64,000 nucleotides of DNA from an uncultured Devosia sp. (GTDB taxonomy: Bacteria > Pseudomonadota > Alphaproteobacteria > Rhizobiales > Devosiaceae): contig CAZNAE010000001.1 in NCBI GenBank assembly GCA_964570695.1, positions 8,290 to 72,289 of the forward strand, given 5' to 3'. The translations under genes were made by a program, and so were the position numbers. Shown piece after piece: positions 32,030 through 41,655 of the stretch; position 1 is the first letter of the stretch, and each line of letters starts with the position of its first letter. The notes beneath the pieces are model-generated. The model had not been told where the DNA came from, searched no databases, and saw only the letters and a program-made list of their open reading frames with translations.

Positions 32030-32305
32030 ATGACCGACATCGAGGATACTTACGACGCGGCGGCTGAGCGCCTCGATCGGGCTTTTGTCCGCCTTGAAGC
32101 GAGCGTGCGCAGCCTCAACGGTCGCATGCGCACCCACGCCCGCATCGAAGCCGACACGCAAAAGCTGCTCGCCGAGCGCGCCCGCTTCGCCAGCGAGCTC
32201 GACAAGGTCGGCGCCAAGGCCAAGCGACTTGATGATGCCTCCGCCGATGTCGCGCGCCGCCTCGTCGTCGCCATGGAAACCGTCAACGACGTGCTGGCCA
32301 AATAG
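32030..32305 (+). CDS. DUF4164-like coiled-coil protein
   Basis: 91-aa helical coiled coil, divergent from tkt and upstream of zapA (usual rhizobial order). Confidence 0.75.
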   Translation: MTDIEDTYDAAAERLDRAFVRLEASVRSLNGRMRTHARIEADTQKLLAERARFASELDKVGAKAKRLDDASADVARRLVVAMETVNDVLAK

Positions 32306-32309
32306 CGTC

Positions 32310-32687
32310 ATGCCCAATGTCGACGTCGAGATCAGTGGCAAGAAATACCGGATGTCCTGCGAGGACGGCCAGCAGGAGCACCTGCTCGCTCTCGCCGAGC
32401 GCTTCAACCGCACGGTCGAACAGCTCAAAGGCGGCTTCGGCGAAGTCGGGGATAACCGGCTGATCGTCATGGCGGGCATAGCCGTGCTCGACGAACTCGC
32501 CGAAGCCGAAAAACGCATTGAAGACCTCAAACTGGATATTGCCGAACTCACCACCGCCGGCCGCGAACTCACTCTCGAGGCCGAAGAGCTCGAGCAGAAA
32601 TTCGCCAAGCGCCTCGCCGAGGCAGCCCGCAAGGTCGAGTCGATCGCCACCGCCATCGACGAGACGGGTTCGCCAACCGCCCCTTAG
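32310..32687 (+). CDS. zapA: Cell division protein ZapA
   Basis: VDVEISGKKYRMSCEDGQQEHL...RLIVMAGI..LDEL plus coiled coil. Confidence 0.93.
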   Translation: MPNVDVEISGKKYRMSCEDGQQEHLLALAERFNRTVEQLKGGFGEVGDNRLIVMAGIAVLDELAEAEKRIEDLKLDIAELTTAGRELTLEAEELEQKFAKRLAEAARKVESIATAIDETGSPTAP

Positions 32688-32689
32688 CC

Positions 32690-32722
32690 GATTGGCAGTC
32701 TTTGCCAATCTTTGCTATATTT
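32690..32722 (+). promoter_or_regulatory. parDE promoter with operator palindrome
   Basis: GATTGGCA-GTCTT-TGCCAATC inverted repeat overlapping TTGGCA-N18-TATATT. Confidence 0.6.
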
Positions 32723-32741
32723 CCGCCAAAGGAGATTTCCG

Positions 32742-33005
32742 ATGGCCACGATGAACATTTCACTGCCGGATCAGATGAAGGAATGGGTGGAGTCTCAGGT
32801 CGCGAGCGGCCGCTATGCCAACGCCAGCGACTATGTCCGCGATCTGCTTCGGCAGGATCTGGCCCGGAGGGAGGGGATCGCCCGCCTTCAGGCAGAAATC
32901 GACAGGGGGCGAGCGGGACCGTTTACAGAGTTCAATCGCGAAAAGCTGCTGGCCGAGATCAAGCAGAATTCCGCGGCTAGGCTCAAGAAGACCGATGCGG
33001 CTTAG
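32742..33005 (+). CDS. ParD-family (RHH) antitoxin
   Basis: MATMNISLPDQMKEWVESQVASGRYANASDYVRDLLR. Confidence 0.93.
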   Translation: MATMNISLPDQMKEWVESQVASGRYANASDYVRDLLRQDLARREGIARLQAEIDRGRAGPFTEFNREKLLAEIKQNSAARLKKTDAA

Positions 33006-33281
33006 GATCTCCGATCCAGCACACCGGGACCTTCGAGAGTTGCATGCGTATGGTGTCGAAAGCTACGGTCAGCGATCGGCTGATGCCTACATTGAGGCCA
33101 TAACGCTGGCGATCGAGCAACTCCCGGTCTGGCCGTTGACGAACCGGCTGCGGCAGAAATTCGACCACCTGTGCGACTGCTCACATACGCAGCCCACAAC
33201 ATCTTCTATGATGTCACCGACGACGAAGTGATCATCCTCCGGGTCCTCTACCATTCCGCCGATTGGGTGCACATCCTCTAG
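32995..33281 (+). pseudogene. ParE/RelE-family toxin, frameshifted
   Basis: MRLRISDPAHRDLRELHAYG..YG...AD.Y...RLRQ then -1 frame EIRPPVRLLTYAAHNIFYDVTDDEVIILRVLYH...*; one base missing near 33156. Confidence 0.85.
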
Positions 33282-33322
33282 CCGTCGTTTGCCTCCCCCG
33301 ATCATCGCGCCTATATTCGCCT

Positions 33323-33472
33323 TGCTGCCCGGTGCGTGCGGATCATTGTTTCCCCGGGGCCTTATCGATCCTTAAGGGAGCTGTCCCTGACCGGACCCGT
33401 GGGTTCGGACACACGGCGCCCACCTACGTCAGTAGGTTCCCGGGATCAGATATCCCACGGCCAGGGCGGCAC
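33323..33472 (+). ncRNA. ssrS: 6S RNA
   Basis: Between zapA and ygfA; complementary ends (GCTGCCC...GGGCGGC); alphaproteobacterial core CCCCGGGGCC...AAGGGAGCTGTCCCTG...ACGGCGCCCACC; TTGCCT...CTATAT promoter upstream. Confidence 0.88.
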
Positions 33473-33495
33473 CTGAATTTTTGCGGCGGAGCGTC

Positions 33496-34086
33496 GTGGC
33501 GGATCCCAAGATCGAAGAGGCAAAAGCCGCGCTGCGGCTGAAGGCCCGCTCCACCAGAGCCGCCATTCTCAACTCCACCCGCTCCGATGCGGCGAAGGCC
33601 GTCGCCGCGCATTTCTTCAAGTCCGTTGAGCTCAAGCCGCACGAGATCGTCGCCGGCTACTGGCGCATCAAGGACGAGATGGACTGCCAGCCGATCCTGA
33701 TCCGCCTGATGGACTCGTTCCAGCCGGTCTGCCTGCCCGTCGTCCTCGGCGACGACCTGCCGCTCGAGTTGCGGCTCTGGGAACAGGGCGCGCCGCTCTA
33801 CGAGGCCGGCTTCGGCACCCTCGCCCCGTCCGAGCTGTCGCCGCAGGTCGAGCCGGATGTCATCGTTATGCCGCTCCTCGGCTTCGACAAACGCGGCACC
33901 CGCCTCGGCTATGGCGGCGGTTATTACGACCGCACGCTGGAAAAGCTTCGCAAGCGCCCGCGCCTCGTCGGCATCGCCTTCGCCGCGCAGGAACTCGGCG
34001 AGATTCCCCGCGAACCACACGACGTGCCGCTCGACGTCATCGTCACCGAACAAGGCGCCCGCAGCTTCGAGCACATAGCGGCATGA
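33496..34086 (+). CDS. ygfA: 5-formyltetrahydrofolate cyclo-ligase
   Basis: PLLGFDKRGTRLGYGGGYYDRTL, EPHDVPLD.IVTE. Confidence 0.95.
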   Translation: MADPKIEEAKAALRLKARSTRAAILNSTRSDAAKAVAAHFFKSVELKPHEIVAGYWRIKDEMDCQPILIRLMDSFQPVCLPVVLGDDLPLELRLWEQGAPLYEAGFGTLAPSELSPQVEPDVIVMPLLGFDKRGTRLGYGGGYYDRTLEKLRKRPRLVGIAFAAQELGEIPREPHDVPLDVIVTEQGARSFEHIAA

Positions 34087-34898
34087 GACTATTGTTCCTC
34101 GGCGACGTGGTCGGCCGCGCCGGCCGCGACGCCATCACCGAACGCCTCCCGGGCATCATCGCCGACTACAAATTCGACTTCGTCGTCGTCAACGGCGAGA
34201 ACGCCAGCCACGGCCGCGGCCTCACCGAGACCCACTATGCCGAGCTTCGCGCCGCCGGCGCGGACGCCGTGACCCTTGGCGATCACGCCTGGGACCAGCG
34301 CGACACCCTGACCTACATCGAGCGCGAACCGACTCTCATCCGCCCGATCAACTTCGCGCCCGGTGTGCCCGGTCGCGGCGCCAACCTCATCGAAGGCCGC
34401 AACGGTCACCGCGTGCTGGTGGTGCAGGCGCAGGGGCGCGTCTTCATGAACCCGGTGGACGATCCGTTCCACGCCGTCGAAGCCGCCATCGCTGCCTGCC
34501 CACTCGGCGAACAGGCCGACGCCATCGTCGTCGACTTCCACACCGAGGCCACGTCCGAGATCCAGGCGATGGGCTTTTTCCTCGACGGCAAGGCCACACT
34601 CGTGGTCGGCACCCACACGCATATCCCGACCGCCGATGCGCGCATCCTCAAATCCGGCACCGCACTAATGGCCGATGCAGGGATGTGCGGCGACTACGAC
34701 TCCGTCATCGGCGTCGAGATCGAGGAGCCGCTCAACCGCTTCCTCACCGGCATCTCCTCCGGCCGTTTCACCCCGGCTGAAGGCGAAGCCACGCTTTGCG
34801 GCATCGCCGTGGAGACAGACCCTAAAACCGGCCTCGCGATGCGGACCAGCCCGGTACGGATCGGCGGTACGCTCAGCCAAGCCCTGCCCTTCGCCTGA
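34083..34898 (+). CDS. YmdB/TIGR00282 metallophosphoesterase
   Basis: LFLGDVVG..GR, VNGEN, TLGDH, DFHTEATSE, GTHTH.PTAD. Confidence 0.93.
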   Translation: MRLLFLGDVVGRAGRDAITERLPGIIADYKFDFVVVNGENASHGRGLTETHYAELRAAGADAVTLGDHAWDQRDTLTYIEREPTLIRPINFAPGVPGRGANLIEGRNGHRVLVVQAQGRVFMNPVDDPFHAVEAAIAACPLGEQADAIVVDFHTEATSEIQAMGFFLDGKATLVVGTHTHIPTADARILKSGTALMADAGMCGDYDSVIGVEIEEPLNRFLTGISSGRFTPAEGEATLCGIAVETDPKTGLAMRTSPVRIGGTLSQALPFA

Positions 34899-34901
34899 GG
34901 C

Positions 34902-35087
34902 TTAGAACTTGAACACCGATGCGGCGGCGGACTTGCTCTTCTCCTTGTGAGCGATCGCCTCCTTCAGCCGGGCGATCTCGGTCTCGAGCAGCCCAATGCG
35001 ATCTCTGAGTTCCTCGACCGACATCGTGTCGAGCAGCATGCCGACCTCGTGCAGCTTGGGCTTTTTCGGCAGATCATCGTCGAACAT
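34902..35087 (-). CDS. DUF1192-family small protein
   Basis: MFDDD...LDTMSVEELRDRIGLLETEIARL...AASVF. Confidence 0.85.
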   Translation of the reverse strand: MFDDDLPKKPKLHEVGMLLDTMSVEELRDRIGLLETEIARLKEAIAHKEKSKSAAASVFKF

Positions 35088-35167
35088 CGGACATCTCCAT
35101 CGCTGGCCGGACGATTTTCGCCCGCTCGGCCTTGTGGGGCAAGCCGGATCGGCGTGAACATCCGCCG

Positions 35168-36172
35168 ATGACCCTCCCCGCCCAGATGTCCGCCATCGTT
35201 GTCGACACGCCTGGCGGTCCCGACGCGCTCCACCTCGCCACGATTCCGACGCCCGCGCCAAAGCCCGGCGAGGTCCTGATCCGCGTCGCGGCTGCCGGCA
35301 TCAACGCACCGGACCTTGCGCAACGCCGCGGCGACTATCCGCCACCACCGGGCGCGTCGCCCCTTCTCGGCCTCGAGGCCTCAGGGGAGATCGTCGTGCC
35401 CGCCGGCGAATGGAAGATCGGCGACCAGGTCGTCGCGCTATGCAATGGCGGCGGCTACGCGGAGTATGTCGCCGTCCCGGCCGGTCAGGTTTTGCCCGCG
35501 CCGCCCAACTGGTCGCTGATCGATGCCGCGGCCCTGCCCGAATGCTGGTTCACCATCACCCAGACGCTGGTGATGCGCGCCGGCCTCGCGCCAGGCATGA
35601 CGGTCCTTATCTACGGCGCCGCCGGCGGCATCGGAGGCGCCGCGATCCAGATTAATAAACTCCTCGGCGCCGATCCCATCGCCGTCGTCTCCTCGGCCGA
35701 GAAAGCTGACTATGCGCTGGCCCTCGGCGCCCGCGCCGCAATCCGCCACGACACCGAAGACGTCGTCGCCCGCGTGCGCGAACTCACCAACGATCGCGGC
35801 GCCGAGCGCATCGTCGACATGATCGGCGGCGCGACCACCTCGCGCAACATCGACGCCGCCGCGCGTTTCGGCCACATCGTCCTCATCTCGACGCTCGGCG
35901 ACCGCAATGCCGATCTGCCGCTCAACAAGATCGTCGGCAGGCAGCTGACCATCTCGGGCTCAACGCTTCGACCCCAAACCCCCGAAACCAAGGCGGCCAT
36001 CGCTGATCGCCTGCGGCGCGACCTTTGGCCGGCACTGGCCGATCCGGCACTGCCGCATCCGCGGATCCGGACGTTCCCGCTGGCGGAAGCCGCCGCCGCA
36101 CATCGCGCCATGGAGGACCGCGCGCACTTCGGCAAGATCGTCCTCGTCATGCCGGACCATCAATCTCGTTGA
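35168..36172 (+). CDS. NAD(P)H-quinone oxidoreductase (PIG3/MDR family)
   Basis: GEVLIRVAAAGIN.PD..QRRG.YPPPPGAS..LGLE, GAAGGIG, GSTLRP. Confidence 0.92.
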   Translation: MTLPAQMSAIVVDTPGGPDALHLATIPTPAPKPGEVLIRVAAAGINAPDLAQRRGDYPPPPGASPLLGLEASGEIVVPAGEWKIGDQVVALCNGGGYAEYVAVPAGQVLPAPPNWSLIDAAALPECWFTITQTLVMRAGLAPGMTVLIYGAAGGIGGAAIQINKLLGADPIAVVSSAEKADYALALGARAAIRHDTEDVVARVRELTNDRGAERIVDMIGGATTSRNIDAAARFGHIVLISTLGDRNADLPLNKIVGRQLTISGSTLRPQTPETKAAIADRLRRDLWPALADPALPHPRIRTFPLAEAAAAHRAMEDRAHFGKIVLVMPDHQSR

Positions 36173-36279
36173 AAATCCGCTTCCGAGCCCGTATGTTGCT
36201 TCCATTCCCCCTTTAGCATTGTGCCAAAAGGCGGGGCGTGCCGGTGGAAACCCGGCCGCACCGGAAAGCGAGATTTATC

Positions 36280-37005
36280 ATGGCCACGACCCTGTTGATG
36301 CCCAAGGCGACCGCCGTCTGGCTCGTCGACAACACCTCCCTCAGCTTCGAGCAGATCGCCGCCTTCTGCGGCCTGCATCCGCTGGAAGTGCAAGGTGTTG
36401 CCGATGGTGACGTGGCCGGCGGCATCATGGGGGTAAACCCCATCCAGAACGGCCAGCTCACCAAGGAAGAGATCGAGAAGGCGGAGGCCGACCCATCCTA
36501 CCGGATGAAGGTTTCGGATCCGAAGGTTCGCGTCGCCGCCGCCAAGCGCAAAGGCCCGCGCTACACCCCGATCTCGCGCCGGAACGAGCGCCCCAACGCG
36601 ATCCGCTGGCTGCTCCGCAACCACCCCGAACTCAAGGACGCGCAGATCATGCGCCTCGTCGGCACCACCAAATCGACCATCGATTCGGTGCGCGACAACA
36701 CCCACTGGAACTCGACCAACATTTCGCCGATGGATCCGGTAACGCTCGGCCTCTGCAGCCAGATCGACCTCGACCTCGAAGTGAAACGCGCCGCCAAGGG
36801 CACCGCCTCGCCGGATGAGGCGGATCAGGGCACCATGCTGATGTCGGCCGAAGAAGCCATGGCAACTGCCGGCGGCCGCACCGGCACCACCGACGTCCAG
36901 CCGAACGACGAGTCGCGCCGTCCGGAGCACAACGAGGACATCGACGCCGATTCCGTTTTCGCCAAGCTCAAGACGCTGAAGAACGACAACGTCGATCACG
37001 AGTAA
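36280..37005 (+). CDS. trcR: DUF1013 protein (TrcR cell-cycle transcription regulator family)
   Basis: LMPKATAVWLVDNT.LSF.QIA.FC.LH.LEV, PRYTP.SRR..RP.AI.WL, DPVTLGLCSQ. Confidence 0.85.
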   Translation: MATTLLMPKATAVWLVDNTSLSFEQIAAFCGLHPLEVQGVADGDVAGGIMGVNPIQNGQLTKEEIEKAEADPSYRMKVSDPKVRVAAAKRKGPRYTPISRRNERPNAIRWLLRNHPELKDAQIMRLVGTTKSTIDSVRDNTHWNSTNISPMDPVTLGLCSQIDLDLEVKRAAKGTASPDEADQGTMLMSAEEAMATAGGRTGTTDVQPNDESRRPEHNEDIDADSVFAKLKTLKNDNVDHE

Positions 37006-37124
37006 TCCGACGCCAGGCTGAGGAGGCGCTAGCGCCGTCCCGAAGCCCGGTCGGCTGGTCCTTGCCTTGACAACCGCCGCGCCGCGGCATGCTCTGGCGC
37101 AACTTCCTGCCTGACGAGTCCCCG

Positions 37125-37898
37125 ATGTTCGATCCCTGGTTCTGGGCCGTGGCCATCGCCACGGTCGCCATCGTTGCGCTCAGCAAGTCCGGCTTGCTCG
37201 GCAGCCTCGGCATGATGGGCGTGCCGTTGCTGTCGCTCACGATGCCGGCGCGCGAAGCTGCGGGCATGCTGCTGCCGCTGCTCTGCGTCATGGACGCGAT
37301 CGGGCTCCTCGCCTTCCGCAAGGAATTCGACGGCAGGCTGGTGCGCATCATGCTGATCGGCGGCGTCGCAGGCACGCTGATCGGCTGGGCCCTCTGGAGC
37401 GTCATCACCGATGCCGAGGTGCTGCTGATCGTCGGCATCCTCACCATGCTGTTCATCATCGATGCGCTGGTCCCGTGGCGGCGCAACCTGATGCCGGCGA
37501 CTGATGGCCCATCGACGCCCTGGGGGATTTTCTGGGGCACTATCGCCGGCATCACCAGCTTCATCAGCCACACTGGCGGCCCACCGGCGCAGATTTACCT
37601 GCTGCCGCAAAAGCTCCAGCCCAACATCTATTCCGGCACCACCGTGGTGTTCTTCGCCGCCCTCAACTACGGCAAGCTGATCCCCTACTATTTTCTCGGC
37701 CAGCTCTCGGTGAGCAACCTCGAGACCGACGCGGTCCTCGCGCCGCTCGCGGTGGTCGCCATGCTGATCGGCGTCTGGCTGGTGCGGCGCGTCAGTGTGA
37801 AGCTGTTCTACAACCTCGCTTACGTGCTGGTATTTTTCGTCGCCCTGAAGCTGATTTATGATGGCTATCTGGGCGTCTTCTATCCGGGGCAAGCATGA
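37125..37898 (+). CDS. Sulfite exporter TauE/SafE family
   Basis: LSKSG, AAGMLLPLLCVMD, SHTGGPP, KLIPY; about eight TM helices. Confidence 0.88.
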   Translation: MFDPWFWAVAIATVAIVALSKSGLLGSLGMMGVPLLSLTMPAREAAGMLLPLLCVMDAIGLLAFRKEFDGRLVRIMLIGGVAGTLIGWALWSVITDAEVLLIVGILTMLFIIDALVPWRRNLMPATDGPSTPWGIFWGTIAGITSFISHTGGPPAQIYLLPQKLQPNIYSGTTVVFFAALNYGKLIPYYFLGQLSVSNLETDAVLAPLAVVAMLIGVWLVRRVSVKLFYNLAYVLVFFVALKLIYDGYLGVFYPGQA

Positions 37899-38284
37899 CC
37901 TACCGCATGGACCATATTGCGCTGCTGGTTGGTGATCTCGACGCCAGCGTCGCGTTCCTCACGGGCGTCCTCGGTCTCGTCGAAATCCCCAACCCCATGG
38001 GTGGAACGACGATCCGCTGGATCGAGATCGGCGACGGCCGCCGCTTCCATGTGCAGGCCGGTGACATCTCGCGCGTCCACGTCGAAAAACAGACGCACTT
38101 TGCCCTTAGCGCCCCCGACTTCGACGCCGTGCTCGCGCGCTTCCGCGCTAACGGCGTTGCGTTCGCCGACATGAAGGGCACGCTGGGCGCCATCAACACG
38201 CGTCCCGACGGCATGCGGGCAATATTCCTGCAGGACCCAAACGGCTACTGGTTCGAGATCAACGACTTCGATCCGGCGGCATAG
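37895..38284 (+). CDS. VOC/glyoxalase-family protein
   Basis: MDHIALLV.DL..S..F, HFAL, FLQDPNGYWFE. Confidence 0.9.
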   Translation: MTYRMDHIALLVGDLDASVAFLTGVLGLVEIPNPMGGTTIRWIEIGDGRRFHVQAGDISRVHVEKQTHFALSAPDFDAVLARFRANGVAFADMKGTLGAINTRPDGMRAIFLQDPNGYWFEINDFDPAA

Positions 38285-38288
38285 CCGC

Positions 38289-38349
38289 AAAATCGCTCCG
38301 GTGGAGCGATTTTAGGTGAGAAGGCCATGAGAGCTACACTCGAATGGCC
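38289..38349. repeat. Twin-hairpin intergenic element
   Basis: AAAATCGCTCC-GGT-GGAGCGATTTT perfect stem, then GGCCAT-GAGAGCTACACTCGA-ATGGCC. Confidence 0.5.
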
Positions 38350-38431
38350 CAGACCTCCTCCCAACTCAATCTCACAATGAAAAGGCCCGGGGGAGGGGCC
38401 CGGGCTGATTTCAGTGCCGCAAAATTACGGC

Positions 38432-38599
38432 CTACGCCGCGTTCAGCTTTTGCAATTCATCCTTGATTTCGAGTTTTTTCCGCTTGAGTGCCGCTACCAT
38501 CAGGTCGTCGTGGCTGAGATGGGTCAGCTCGTCTTCGATCTGCCGCTCGATTTCCTTATGGCGTCTCTCGAGCGCAGCGATATGGCCTTCAGTCGTCAT
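38432..38599 (-). CDS. DUF465/YdcH-family small protein
   Basis: HIAALERRH...LKRKKLEIKDEL; AAAGGAG RBS. Confidence 0.88.
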   Translation of the reverse strand: MTTEGHIAALERRHKEIERQIEDELTHLSHDDLMVAALKRKKLEIKDELQKLNAA

Positions 38600-38761
38600 G
38601 ACAACTCCTTTCAAGCGTTTCGAACGACTCGATGGTAAAAAAACCCGCGTCGCTTGTCGACCGATTAGGCACCCCGTGGAAAACCCGGTGTGAATCGCCC
38701 GTCCGATGCGTTAACGGTTTGCTCTGAACTGCCCGCTTCGCAGGGCGTTTGAGGTATCGGC

Positions 38762-38977
38762 ATGCTGCCGCTCAGCAGGGAACAGGAAGCCGCGTTCGGG
38801 CTGGAACTGGCCGCAAAGCGGCAGGAACATGCAGATCTTGACGCCGCCATCCACACCCTCAGCGCCTCCGGCCTCGCCGACCAGATGCTGATTCAGCGCC
38901 TCAAGAAGCGCAAACTCGCGCTCAAAGACCGCATCGTTCAGCTCGAGAACCTGCTGATCCCCGACATCATCGCTTGA
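38762..38977 (+). CDS. DUF465/YdcH-family small protein
   Basis: [10 protein letters not shown]...[17 protein letters not shown]...PDIIA. Confidence 0.88.
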   Translation: MLPLSREQEAAFGLELAAKRQEHADLDAAIHTLSASGLADQMLIQRLKKRKLALKDRIVQLENLLIPDIIA

Positions 38978-39027
38978 GACCACCGGCCTTTTCCGCTAAA
39001 CGCGCCGCTTTCCGGGGGGCTTTGCTG

Positions 39028-39522
39028 ATGGCCGTCAAACCGCTCGTCGCCATCGTCATGGGCAGCCAGTCCGACTGGGCGACGATGAAGCACGCCGCCG
39101 AAACCCTCGATGCCCTCCAGATCGCCCATGACGACCGCGTCGTCTCTGCTCACCGCACCCCTGATCGTCTCGTCGAATTCGCCAAAGGCGCCAAGGCCGC
39201 GGGCTTCAAGATCATCATCGCCGGCGCCGGCGGCGCGGCACATTTGCCCGGCATGATCGCCGCCATGACGACGCTCCCGGTGTTCGGCGTGCCGGTGCTG
39301 ACCAAGGCGCTCAACGGCCAGGACAGCCTGCTGTCGATTGTCCAGATGCCGGCTGGCATCCCGGTGGGCACGCTCGCCATCGGCGAGTCAGGTGCCACCA
39401 ACGCCGCCCTCCTCGCCGCGGCGGTGCTGGCGTTGAACGACAGCACGCTGAGTGAGCGCCTCGATATATTCCGCCTCGAACAGACCGGCCAGGTCGCGCC
39501 GTTCCCGCGCAAAGATGCCTGA
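39028..39522 (+). CDS. purE: N5-CAIR mutase
   Basis: [37 protein letters not shown]. Confidence 0.98.
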   Translation: MAVKPLVAIVMGSQSDWATMKHAAETLDALQIAHDDRVVSAHRTPDRLVEFAKGAKAAGFKIIIAGAGGAAHLPGMIAAMTTLPVFGVPVLTKALNGQDSLLSIVQMPAGIPVGTLAIGESGATNAALLAAAVLALNDSTLSERLDIFRLEQTGQVAPFPRKDA

Positions 39523-40597
39523 CGCCCTCCCGCTCGGCGCCACCATCGGCATCCTTGGCGGCGGCCAGCTCGGACGCATGCTGTCGCTCGCCGCCTCGCG
39601 GCTCGGCTTCAAGACCCACATCTACTGCCCCGACGCCGACAGCCCGGCCTTCGAAGTCACCCCGCACAAAACCGTCGCCGGCTATGACGACCGCGCCGCA
39701 CTCCCGGCCTTCGCTACTGCCGTGGATGTGATCACCTATGAATTCGAGAACGTCCCCACCGGCACCGCCGAATTCCTCGCGCCGCTGAAGCCGCTGCGGC
39801 CAGGCGCCGAGGCGCTGGCCGTGTCACAGGACCGGCTGGCAGAAAAAGCCTTCATCGGCAATCTTGGTATCGCCGTTGCGCCGCATCGGGCGATCGGCAG
39901 CGTTGCTGATCTCGCACCGGCCCTCGCCGCGCTCGGCTCGCCTGCCATCCTCAAGACCACCCGGCTCGGTTATGACGGCAAGGGCCAGCGCAAGGTCCAA
40001 AACCTCGCCGAGGCCACCGCCGCCTTCGCCGACCTCGCCCCGCACCCCCTGGTGCTCGAGGCCTTCGTGCCGTTCGTCTGCGAGATCTCGGTCGTCATCG
40101 CCCGCGGCCTCGACGGCGCCATTGCTGCGTTCGATCCGGCCGAAAACGTCCACCGTAGCGGCATCCTCTTCACCTCGACGGTGCCGGCCCACATTGCTCC
40201 TGAAACCGCCGCCGGAGCGCAGGCGATAGCCGCCCGTATCGCCGATGCGCTCGATTATGTCGGCGTGCTTGGCGTCGAGTTCTTCGTCCTTGCCGGTGGC
40301 CACCTGGTGGTCAACGAGATCGCCCCCCGGGTCCACAATTCCGGCCATTGGACCGAGGCGGTGTGCATCGCCGACCAGTTCGAGCAACACATTCGCGCCA
40401 TTGCCGGCTGGCCGCTGGGCGATCCCTCGCGGCTCGCCAATGTGGTGATGGAAAACCTGATCGGCACCGATATCGAGGTGGTTTCCGCCGATCTCGGACG
40501 CGGCATCCGCCCGCATGCCTATGGCAAGACCGAGTCGCGGCCGGGGCGAAAGATGGGCCACCTCAATCGGGTTGCATTGAAAACGCCCCGAAAATAG
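39515..40597 (+). CDS. purK: N5-CAIR synthase
   Basis: [47 protein letters not shown]. Confidence 0.98.
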   Translation: MPDALPLGATIGILGGGQLGRMLSLAASRLGFKTHIYCPDADSPAFEVTPHKTVAGYDDRAALPAFATAVDVITYEFENVPTGTAEFLAPLKPLRPGAEALAVSQDRLAEKAFIGNLGIAVAPHRAIGSVADLAPALAALGSPAILKTTRLGYDGKGQRKVQNLAEATAAFADLAPHPLVLEAFVPFVCEISVVIARGLDGAIAAFDPAENVHRSGILFTSTVPAHIAPETAAGAQAIAARIADALDYVGVLGVEFFVLAGGHLVVNEIAPRVHNSGHWTEAVCIADQFEQHIRAIAGWPLGDPSRLANVVMENLIGTDIEVVSADLGRGIRPHAYGKTESRPGRKMGHLNRVALKTPRK

Positions 40598-40746
40598 GCG
40601 TTTTTTGACTGTTTGCCCGGTGGACAAGCCGTCAGGGTTCAACTATATACCCGCTCCACGGTGACCAGCCCGGCTGGTCGGCGCAATTGCCTTTGGCGAA
40701 AGCGCTCAACTCAACCACTGATGACGATTTCGAAGGGCGGATCCGC

Positions 40747-41016
40747 TTGCAAGTAGTTGTTCGCGATAACAATGTCGATCAGGCGCTGCGCGCGCTCAAG
40801 AAGAAGCTGCAGCGCGAAGGCGTTTTCCGTGAGATGAAACTCCGGAACTACTACGAGAAGCCGTCCGAGAAGAAGGCCCGCCAGAAGGCCGAAGCGGTTC
40901 GCCGCGCCCGTAAGCTGGCCCGCAAGCGCGCCCAGCGCGAAGGTGGCCTGCCGGCAACGCCGGCTCCGGGTTCGGCAGCCGCTGCCCGTCCCGCCCGGCC
41001 CGAGCGCGCGTTCTGA
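40747..41016 (+). CDS. rpsU: 30S ribosomal protein S21
   Basis: TTG start; [30 protein letters not shown]...YEKPSE. Confidence 0.97.
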   Translation: MQVVVRDNNVDQALRALKKKLQREGVFREMKLRNYYEKPSEKKARQKAEAVRRARKLARKRAQREGGLPATPAPGSAAAARPARPERAF

Positions 41017-41022
41017 GTTCAG

Positions 41023-41045
41023 CGCCGCCTCCGGGCGGCGTTTTT
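41023..41045 (+). terminator. Intrinsic terminator after rpsU
   Basis: CGCCGCC-TCCG-GGCGGCG-TTTTT. Confidence 0.85.
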
Positions 41046-41122
41046 CGTATCTAGAGTTCGCAACAAGAAAAGCCCGCCTCTCCCGGAGGGCGTCGTCCAA
41101 CCCAAACTTGAGGGATACACTG

Positions 41123-41599
41123 ATGAAGAAGCTTGTTCTCACTGCCGCCGTCGCCGCAATGGCCCTGGTCGGTGCCGTGTCCGGCGCCGAAGCCAAGGAT
41201 GCCCGCGTTCAGGTCGGCGTCCTGACCTGCTCGGTCGACCCCGGCTTCGGCCTCGTGTTCGGTTCGTCCAAGGACCTCGATTGCTGGTTCAAACCGTCCA
41301 AGGGCGGCAAGACCGAGAAGTATTCGGGCTCGATCAAGAAGCTTGGCATCGACATCGGCTATACCTCGCACGAGAAGCTGGCCTGGCTGGTCTTCGCCGC
41401 GCAGGATGGCAAGTGGACCAAGCATGCCCTCGCCGGCGAGTATGTCGGCGCTTCGACCGAAGCGACTCTCGGCCTCGGCCTTGGCGGCAACTGGCTGATC
41501 GGCGGCTCGCACAAGAGCTTCGCGCTGCAGCCGTGGAGCGTGCAGGGCCAGGTCGGCATCAACTACTCGCTCACCTGGACCAACCTCTCGCTCAACTGA
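41123..41599 (+). CDS. DUF992-family secreted protein
   Basis: Signal peptide; GVLTC, GSSKDLDC.F, KLGIDIG, LAGEYVG, LQPWSVQGQ.G.N. Confidence 0.88.
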   Translation: MKKLVLTAAVAAMALVGAVSGAEAKDARVQVGVLTCSVDPGFGLVFGSSKDLDCWFKPSKGGKTEKYSGSIKKLGIDIGYTSHEKLAWLVFAAQDGKWTKHALAGEYVGASTEATLGLGLGGNWLIGGSHKSFALQPWSVQGQVGINYSLTWTNLSLN

Positions 41600-41621
41600 G
41601 CTCCAGGTCGATAGCATTCAG

Positions 41622-41649
41622 AACGCCGGTCCACTGGGCCGGCGTTTTT
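41622..41649 (+). terminator. Intrinsic terminator after DUF992
   Basis: AACGCCGGTCC-ACT-GGGCCGGCGTTTTT. Confidence 0.75.
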
Positions 41650-41655
41650 GTGCAA

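Noticed and set aside
33145-33175. Programmed -1 frameshift producing full-length ParE
   Set aside because: No X-XXY-YYZ slippery heptamer or clear stimulatory structure; a single-base deletion is simpler
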